From NCBI GenBank assembly GCA_963721925.1, contig CAVRLH010000002.1, positions 14,336 through 38,335 on the forward strand: DNA of 24,000 nt, in the 5' to 3' direction. The first letter of the stretch is position 1. The number at the start of each line of letters is the position of its first letter. The translations under genes and the position numbers were made by a program. The notes beneath the pieces are model-generated. The model saw nothing but the letters and a program-made list of their open reading frames with translations, did not search any database and was not told where the DNA came from. This DNA is from an uncultured Actinomycetota bacterium (GTDB lineage: Bacteria; Actinomycetota; Actinomycetes; Propionibacteriales; Nocardioidaceae). Positions 17,585 to 24,000 of the stretch are shown here, piece by piece.

Positions 17585-18234
17585 CGGGCGGTTCCTTCTC
17601 GTGTCGTTGCTGTGGGCTGAGCCGGGCCGGGGACGGCAAGACCTTCCTCGAGCTGGATGAGGGCGCTGTCGAGGATCTGCGTGAGGTCCCCGTTGCCGCC
17701 CTGGCGGTGCCAGACGGCGATGGCTACCCGGAGTGCCGTCATGGTCGCCGCGCCGAGCAGCACCGGATAGAGGTCCTGGTAGTGGTCCTGTCCCAACCGG
17801 CCTGCGGCATCACGGCTGATGAGGTCCTCGAAGGCGGTGTACTGCTCGAGGTTCCTCGCCAGCACCGACGGTGCCTCCTCCATCAACCGGGCCCGCAGCA
17901 TCAGCTCCTCGCGGTCGATCTCCTCGCCCCCCATCAACGCGTGCAGGGCACCTCGCACCGCATCCAGCGGCGATGCATCCGCCGGCTGGGCGGCCAGGGC
18001 GGCCTCGAAGGCGACCCCTCGCTCGCGCGCATCCGAGAGCAGGACGTCCTCCTTGGAGCCGAAGTGGAGGAAGAAGGTGCGCTGCGCCACGTCGGCGGCC
18101 TCGGTGATGTCCTCGATGGTGGTGCGGTCGAAGCCCTGGTCGGCGAAGAGCCGGAGGGCGTTGTCCCGCAGGGAACGCCGGGTCTCCAGCTTCTTGCGCT
18201 CTCGCCTGCCGAGGGTGGTGGTCACGTCGCTCAT
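17581..18234 (-). CDS. TetR/AcrR family transcriptional regulator
   Basis: RRSLRDNALRLFADQGFDRTTIEDITEAADVAQRTFFLHFGSKEDVLLSD helix-turn-helix. Alternative start at 18249. Confidence 0.92.
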   Translation of the reverse strand: MSDVTTTLGRRERKKLETRRSLRDNALRLFADQGFDRTTIEDITEAADVAQRTFFLHFGSKEDVLLSDARERGVAFEAALAAQPADASPLDAVRGALHALMGGEEIDREELMLRARLMEEAPSVLARNLEQYTAFEDLISRDAAGRLGQDHYQDLYPVLLGAATMTALRVAIAVWHRQGGNGDLTQILDSALIQLEEGLAVPGPAQPTATTREGTAR

Positions 18235-18261
18235 GGGTGAAGTGTGCACGCACTACTAGTG

Positions 18262-18307
18262 TTCACGCAAGAGTGCGTTGCATAACTAACTGCGCGAGTT
18301 GCGTGAA
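18262..18307. promoter_or_regulatory. Candidate operator/promoter region: perfect 9-bp inverted repeat TTCACGCAA...TTGCGTGAA
   Basis: TTCACGCAA 18262-18270 and TTGCGTGAA 18299-18307 between the divergent TetR and ABC ATPase genes. Confidence 0.5.
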
Positions 18308-18364
18308 TGCATGCACTGCAGTTAAGTTGGAGGGGACCGAGACGTGGCGAGAGGGAGACGAGTG

Positions 18365-19300
18365 ATGAGCGAGCAGGTGATCGAGTCCCAAGGACTCACC
18401 AAGCACTACGGAGACTTCGTTGCACTGGCGGACCTGCACCTCGAGGTGCGTCGTGGTGAGATCTTCGGGTTCCTGGGGCCCAACGGGGCGGGGAAGTCGA
18501 CGACGATTCGCACCCTGCTCGACCAGATTCGCGCCACGCGTGGTTCGGCGCGGATCCTGGGCATGGACATTCGCGAGGACTCCGTGGAGATCCGGCGCCA
18601 CCTCGGTTACCTGCCCGGAGACCTGGCCCTCTACCCGAAGCTGACCGGGCACCAGACCCTCCAGTACTTCGCCAAGCTGCGCGGCGGGGTGGACCAGTCC
18701 TACATCGACGAGCTCGCCGAACGGTTCAAGGCCGACCTGACGAAGAAGGTGGGGGAGTACTCCACCGGCAACCGGCAGAAGATCGGCCTGATCCAGGCGT
18801 TCATGCACAGACCCGAGCTGTTGATCCTCGACGAGCCCAACGCAGGTCTCGACCCGCTGATCCAGCAGGAGTTCCACGCGCTCATGGAGGAGGTGCGCGC
18901 GGAGGGCCGCACCGTGTTCCTCTCCTCGCACACCCTCTCGGAGGTGGAGCGTGTGGCCGACCGGGTGGGCATCATCCGCAACGGCCACCTGGTCGTCGTG
19001 GAGCGGGTGGATGAGCTCAAGCGTAAGGCGATCCGGCGGATGGACTTCGAGTTCGCCGAAGCCGTCCCGAGCGACCTGTTCGAGGGGACACCGGGCGTCC
19101 GGTCCGCGACGGTCGAGGGACGGATGGCCTATGTGTCCTTCGAGGGGTCGGTCAACGGACTCCTCCACGCAGCGATGACGCACGAGGTGCTCAACCTGCA
19201 CACCAAGGAGTCGGACCTCGAGGAGATCTTCCTGGCCTACTACCGCGACGCCCAGCCGACGACCCCGCAGCACGCGAAGGAGTCCGCTGATGTCCACTGA
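18365..19300 (+). CDS. ABC transporter ATP-binding protein
   Basis: Walker A GPNGAGKSTT, signature YSTGNRQKIGL, Walker B LLILDEPNAGLDP, H-loop SSHTLSEVERV. Confidence 0.95.
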   Translation: MSEQVIESQGLTKHYGDFVALADLHLEVRRGEIFGFLGPNGAGKSTTIRTLLDQIRATRGSARILGMDIREDSVEIRRHLGYLPGDLALYPKLTGHQTLQYFAKLRGGVDQSYIDELAERFKADLTKKVGEYSTGNRQKIGLIQAFMHRPELLILDEPNAGLDPLIQQEFHALMEEVRAEGRTVFLSSHTLSEVERVADRVGIIRNGHLVVVERVDELKRKAIRRMDFEFAEAVPSDLFEGTPGVRSATVEGRMAYVSFEGSVNGLLHAAMTHEVLNLHTKESDLEEIFLAYYRDAQPTTPQHAKESADVH

Positions 19301-20066
19301 GGTACTCACCAAGGACCTGCGCGAACGCGCCGTGCCAGTGGCGGCGCTGAGCATCGGCGTCGGGTTGCTGACCATCGGTGCTCTGGGAGTGTATTCCGGG
19401 ATGTCGGACACCCTCGACGACCTGACCAAGGATTTTCCCGATGAGCTGATGGCGTTCATGGGCGGCGATGCTCCTGGTGGATACGTCGTCGGGGAGGTCT
19501 TCAACCTGATTGCACCTCTGGCTCTGGTCGCCTATGCAGTGATGACGGGTGCGTCTGCCACCGCCGGTGAGGAGGAGCGCAAGACCATGGGCATGGTGAT
19601 GGGAACCCCCGTCAGCCGCACCGGCATGTTGATCTCGAAGGCGGGAGGCTTGGTGCTGTCGCTCGTCGTGGCTACCGGCCTGTTCCTTCTCGCGGCAGTG
19701 GGCGCATCGACCTGGTTCGACGTCGGCCTGCAGACGGGAAACGTGGCCGCCACCGTGCTGCACCTGGGAAGCCTCGCCCTGATGTTCGGGGCGGTGGCCA
19801 TGGCGGTCGGCGCCGCCACTGGAAAGCCGGGCTTGGCGGCAGGGGCGGCCGGGGGACTCGCGGTCGTCTCCTACCTGGCCAAGAGCATGCTGCCGCTTGC
19901 CGACCTCGACCGTTGGGCCGAGCTGAGCCCGTGGTTCTACTACGCGGGCAGCGAGCCCCTGACCAACGGGTTCGACCTCGCCCACTTCCTGGTGCTTCTC
20001 GTCCTCGCCGCAGTGGCGTTCGGAGCGGCACTGCTCACCTTCAACCGTCGTGACCTGAAGGGCTGA
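19290..20066 (+). CDS. ABC transporter permease (ABC-2 type)
   Basis: 258 aa hydrophobic protein overlapping the ATPase gene; ATAGEEERKTMGMVMGTPVSRTGMLISKAGGL and C-terminal RRDLKG. Confidence 0.9.
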   Translation: MSTEVLTKDLRERAVPVAALSIGVGLLTIGALGVYSGMSDTLDDLTKDFPDELMAFMGGDAPGGYVVGEVFNLIAPLALVAYAVMTGASATAGEEERKTMGMVMGTPVSRTGMLISKAGGLVLSLVVATGLFLLAAVGASTWFDVGLQTGNVAATVLHLGSLALMFGAVAMAVGAATGKPGLAAGAAGGLAVVSYLAKSMLPLADLDRWAELSPWFYYAGSEPLTNGFDLAHFLVLLVLAAVAFGAALLTFNRRDLKG

Positions 20067-20072
20067 ACGACC

Positions 20073-20922
20073 ATGACGACGACCACCACCAACACTGACA
20101 CGCGCGTCGACGAGCTGACCGGTCCCCGGCGCAGCCCGCTGGCGACCATCACCGTCCAGGCCGTCCGGGAGCGATTCGTCCTGGTCAGCGCCGTCTCCGC
20201 GCTGATGGTGGGGATGGGCCTGATAGTGGGCGCCTTGTGGCCATCGCTGAAGGACACGTTCGCCGACATCCAGGACTCGCTGCCGGACGCCTTCACCACC
20301 ATCTGGCTGGCGCGGACATGTCCACGCCGAGTGGCTGGGGGAATGCCGAGATGATGTCCATGGTGGCCCGGCCGGAGTGATCGCCGATGGCGGTCATCTC
20401 GGCCATGAAGGCCACGGCCAACGAGGAGGAGACCAAGACCATGGGCGTGCTGCTGGGCGCGCCCGTCGCTCGCTCCACGTTCCTGCTCGCCAAGTCAGCG
20501 GCGATGGCGATCCATGTCGCGATCGTCGCCGTCTCGGTCAGCGTCGGCAGGCGCTCGGCAGCCTGGTCGGAGACATGGGGTTGGACGCTGGGAACATCGT
20601 CGGAGCCGGCCTGCACGCCGGTGCCCTGGGACTGCTGTTCGGCGCTGTCGCGATCGCGGTGGGTGGGTGGAGTGGCAACTCCAAGCTCACCACGACGGTG
20701 GCAGCCGCGCTGGGCGGGTTGTCGTTCGCACTGGCCAGCTTCCTGCCGCTATCGGACACGCTCGCCGACGGCGCCAAGGTGAGCCCCTGGTATTACTACA
20801 ACTCCTCGGACCCGTTGACCAACGGTGCCGACCCGCTCCATCTCGTGGTGCTGATCGCCCTCGCCGCCCTGGCGCTGGCGCTGGGTCTGTCCGCGTTCCG
20901 CCGCCGGGACCTGAGGGGCTGA
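20073..20922 (+). pseudogene. Second ABC transporter permease, paralogous to 19290-20066, interrupted by frameshifts (decay or sequencing error)
   Basis: Homologous pieces lie in three frames: 20073-~20306 (frame 3), ~20309-20550 (frame 2; MKATANEEETKTMGVLLGAPVARSTFLLAKSAAM) and ~20551-20922 (frame 1; SPWYYYNSSDPLTNGADPLHLVVL...RRRDLRG). Confidence 0.8.
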
Positions 20923-20926
20923 CCCG

Positions 20927-21848
20927 ATGACCACGATCGCCCCACCGAAGAACACCGCCGGCGTGCTGGAACTGCCCGGACCCATCGGCTTCGTGATGAG
21001 CGGTGGCGCCAGCCTCGGCTCAGTGCAGGTCGGCATGCTCCAGGCCCTGGCCTCGGCAGGCGTGCACCCCGACTTCATCGTCGGCACGTCCGTCGGCGCG
21101 CTCAACGCCGCGATCCCGTGTCACCGACGTCGGTGCGATCGCCTTCCACGGCGGCCCGGCCCGAGCTCCGAAGTGGCGACGTGTTCCCCGGCCCTGCTCA
21201 GCTCGATCTGGCGGCTCGGACGCACCCGGACCCACGCCGTCGGCACCGGGGGGCTCGAGCGGATCGCCGCCCGCGCACTGCGGGTCGACACCTTCGCCGA
21301 CCTCCAGATCCCGCTCGGTGTTGTCACCGTCGACCTCACGAGGGGGAGACCGCGGGTCGAGGCCGGCCCGTGGTGCTCGTCGGGCCCGGCTGGGAGCGCG
21401 ACGTCGTTCCCGCCCGGCGAGGACGACACCTGTTCGTCGACGGGGCCATGCTCGCCGACATCGCTGTGACCCAGGCCAGGGACTTCCACCCGGCCGGCAC
21501 CCTCGTCGTCCTGGACTGCGTGGTTCCGCCCCCACCGGCGCCCCCGGAGAAGCTGGCCGACGTGGTCGCGGTGACCTCGAAGCTCAGTATCGGGCACAGC
21601 TTCGCGCCGCACTGCGCGATGCCGAGCACGAGGTCCCCATCCTGTGCATGCCGGCACCACCGGCACGCAAGGTCTCTCCATTCGACTTCAGCCAGACTGC
21701 ACAGCTGATGGCGGACGCCAGGCAGACCGGTGAGGGATTCCTCGACTCCCTGACAGTGAGCGGGCCCGGCCTCTACGGGGACCCCTTTGCCCGCTACACG
21801 AGCACCATGGACGACACCGCCAGGCAACCGAGCGTGAGCGTGCGATGA
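20927..21848 (+). pseudogene. Patatin-like phospholipase, interrupted by several frameshifts
   Basis: GPIGFVMSGGASLGSVQVGMLQALASAGVHPDFIVGTSVGALNAA (oxyanion loop and GxSxG), then pieces in other frames: GGLERIAARALRVDTFADLQIPLGVVTVDLTRG, then VDGAMLADIAVTQARDFHPAGTLVVLDCV, then AEHEVPILCMPAPPARKVSPFDFSQTAQLM. Confidence 0.78.
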
Positions 21849-22560
21849 GTGTCTCCGAGTTTCCCCACGATGCCGCGACGCAGCCCGACGACCCCTTCAG
21901 GGGCCACTCACTGCCGAGCTCACTCGCTTCCTGATGGCCTACAAGTTCGGGCTCGACGAGGTCATGACGAAGGTCAACATCCTCAAGGAGGAGCTCACGT
22001 TCGCCGGGGACTACTGCCCGATCGAGCACGTCAACTCGCGGCTGAAGTCGCTGGACAGCATCGTCGAGAAGGCACGGCGGATCGACTGCCCACCGACCCT
22101 GGAGGCCGTGCGGGACCAGATCTTCGACGTCGCGGGCATCCGGATCGTGTGCTCCTTCATCTCCGACGCCTACACCGTCATGGACATGCTGACCCGCCAG
22201 CCCGACATCGAGGTCATCCGGGTGCGCGACTACATCGCCTCACCCAAGCCCAACGGGTACAAGAGCCTCAACCTGGTCATCGAGACCCCGGTGTACATGT
22301 CTGACCGCGTGAGACAGTCGCGTCGAGGTACAGATCAGGACGGTCGCATGGACTTCTGGCCAGCCTGGAGCACAAGATCACTGGATGTCCGCTCGAACGG
22401 CGCTCGTCCGGTCGGCCAGGAGACGCGTCAAGGGAGACGACGGCTCCGCACTCGGCGACCTGATCAGCCGTGCGTACGAGGACCTGGCCACGGCCCGACT
22501 CCGTGTCCAGCGCTGCGGTCTCGACGAACCGGCCGACCAGCTCGCTGTCGCTGCCGGCGG
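21845..22560 (+). pseudogene. RelA/SpoT-domain protein (small alarmone synthetase-like, GTP pyrophosphokinase), frameshifted as read; 3' limit uncertain
   Basis: AYKFGLDEVMTKVNILKEEL...CPIEHVNSRLKSLDSIVEKA...VRDQIFDVAGIRIVCSFISDAYTVMDMLTRQPDIEVIRVRDYIASPKPNGYKSLNLVIETPVYMSDRV, then RVEVQIRTVA and MDFW in different frames. Confidence 0.78.
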
Positions 22561-23169
22561 GCTTGCGGAGGACGTCGGCCTGCACGGTGTCGTGCCGACA
22601 CTCCACGACCGTGAGGACCGGACGAGCTCGCCCAGCAGTACCGGCGACTGGCTGGCGGAACTCCGGTACCCACCTGTGGTAGCCGTCTCGCTGCCGAGCG
22701 CCGCTGCACTCGCCTACGCCTCGCACTCACTCAGCGACACCTGCCCGGAGGACCGGCCTTCTCAGCCGTCTTCAGCTTTCGCAGGATGCGCCATCACGGG
22801 GCATCCGCAGGCGTCGCCTCGTGGGTGATCGCCTTCAGTGGTGCGGTCTCAGCCGGGGCGTTGGTGGTCATCGGGCTGGAGCCGGGCTGCTGGCCACGGG
22901 CAGCACCGATCCGGTCGCCTGACGGGATACCTCGCGTTCGCCAGCATCCTGGTGCTGGAGGTCCGCGCGCTCAACCGGCGCCCGGCGTGGTCACCGACTC
23001 GCCACGCGCGTCGTCGGAGTCACGAACCGGCTGCTGCGACTGAGCCCCATCGGGGAGTCCGTCGGGTTCACGGGCTCATCGACGACGTGACCGCGTCCGG
23101 ATCGGACCTGGTGACCTCACAGTCACCGCGGCCTCGCATCGTCAACTGGCTGCTGGACGCACTCTGCCT

Positions 23170-23652
23170 CTACTCGGCGACCTGATAGCCGGGCGTAGAG
23201 GGCCTGGCCCGGCGATCCGGCGAGGTGCGCTCAAGGAGTGCATCGATGCGCCCGGTCAGGGCCTGTGCCGGCTCGATCACGGCTGGATGGGTCAGCGCTG
23301 CCACATCCCGGCTGAGCCACGCGGCGACTCGTCGCTGACGGATCAGGTAGTCGATGTAGGCGTGCAGCGCTTCCCGGCGTCGCGCGCTCTCCCGACGGAG
23401 GGCCTCCACGCCGTCGAGCAGCTGGCCGAGATCCTCGAAAGCCGGGGCGACCACGGCGGCGAGGAGCTCCTCCTTCGAGTGGAAGTGATAGGTGACGGCT
23501 GCCTTGCTGACGCCCAGGCGGTCACCGATCATCTGCAACGACGTCCCGTTGTAACCGTGCTCGGTGAACAGGTCCAACGCTGCTTCGACGAAGCGCTGGC
23601 TCGGCTCGGTGACTCGCGGGGAGTGTTCGGCCTGGCCGGGGAGAGTCTGCAT
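23170..23652 (-). CDS. TetR family transcriptional regulator, possibly C-terminally truncated
   Basis: SQRFVEAALDLFTEHGYNGTSLQMIGDRLGVSKAAVTYHFHSKEELLAAVV helix-turn-helix; 160 aa, short for the family. Confidence 0.88.
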   Translation of the reverse strand: MQTLPGQAEHSPRVTEPSQRFVEAALDLFTEHGYNGTSLQMIGDRLGVSKAAVTYHFHSKEELLAAVVAPAFEDLGQLLDGVEALRRESARRREALHAYIDYLIRQRRVAAWLSRDVAALTHPAVIEPAQALTGRIDALLERTSPDRRARPSTPGYQVAE

Positions 23653-23775
23653 GAGCGCATGTTAGAGGCTCTTGCAGTCTGAGAGCAAGCCAATCCCCTT
23701 TACGAGCGTGAAGGCAATCACTTTCCACACGGCCAGCATCGCACTGGCCGGACGACCAGTCCCCAACTTGACGAG

Positions 23776-23807
23776 CGGCAAGTGAACCTGGCAGTCTCTA
23801 CTTGCCG
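23776..23807. promoter_or_regulatory. Candidate operator: 8-bp inverted repeat CGGCAAGT...ACTTGCCG upstream of the MMPL gene
   Basis: Perfect arms at 23776-23783 and 23800-23807, in the intergenic region between the TetR and MMPL genes. A TTGAC motif lies just upstream. Confidence 0.4.
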
Positions 23808-23850
23808 GTCGGTCAGATCGGCTCACTCGACTTTTCAGGAGACGACTCAA

Positions 23851-24000
23851 ATGGCTTCCTTCCTCTATCGCATCGGACGCTTCGCGTTCGAGCGCCGCAG
23901 GCTGGTGTTGGCGGCGTGGGTGCTCGTGCTCGTCGCCGTCGCCGGCCTGGCTGGCGCGTTCAGCAAGAACGCTGATGCCCAGTTGTCGATCCCCGGCGTC
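23851..24000 (+). CDS. MMPL family (RND-type) transporter, N-terminus only, truncated by the window edge
   Basis: MASFLYRIGRFAFERRRLVLAAWVLVLVAVAGLAGAFSKNADAQLSIPGV, typical of the MMPL N-terminus, open to the window end. Confidence 0.8.
   Translation, partial: MASFLYRIGRFAFERRRLVLAAWVLVLVAVAGLAGAFSKNADAQLSIPGV

Noticed and set aside
18263-19504. 413-aa minus-strand ORF
   Set aside because: Antisense to the ABC ATPase, which has complete Walker A, Walker B and signature motifs.
1-24000. CRISPR arrays, tRNA/rRNA genes, transposases or integrases
   Set aside because: No regularly spaced direct repeats, no tRNA-like T-arm or acceptor pairs, no rRNA-like sequence and no transposase/integrase motifs were seen while reading. 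This was by eye only; tRNAscan-SE, Infernal and ISfinder searches would be needed to exclude them.

Overview
This is a high-GC actinobacterial-type window with dense coding. Left part (about 1-7274, + strand): a tightly spaced five-gene run. It holds a partial all-helical ORF of unknown family, a trypsin-like protease fused to a DNA/RNA non-specific (NUC) endonuclease, a tyrosinase-family type-3 copper protein, a DUF2182-like membrane protein, and a CHAT (caspase-like) protease with an intact His/Cys dyad. This is the best candidate in the window for an under-described system, possibly conflict or stress related. Middle part: a GntR/HutC regulator divergent from a GlcNAc utilisation operon (PTS IICBA, nagB, nagA) with two tandem DasR-type (dre-like) operators, a HAD phosphatase, a CDP-glycerol glycerophosphotransferase-like protein, an AI-2E family exporter, a DUF1330 protein and an NAD-dependent epimerase. 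Right part: TetR / ABC ATPase / permease, then a second permease, a patatin-like protein and a RelA/SpoT-domain protein that all carry frameshifts as read, then a TetR and the start of an MMPL transporter. All family calls come from motifs and recall of families. No database search or structure prediction was run.
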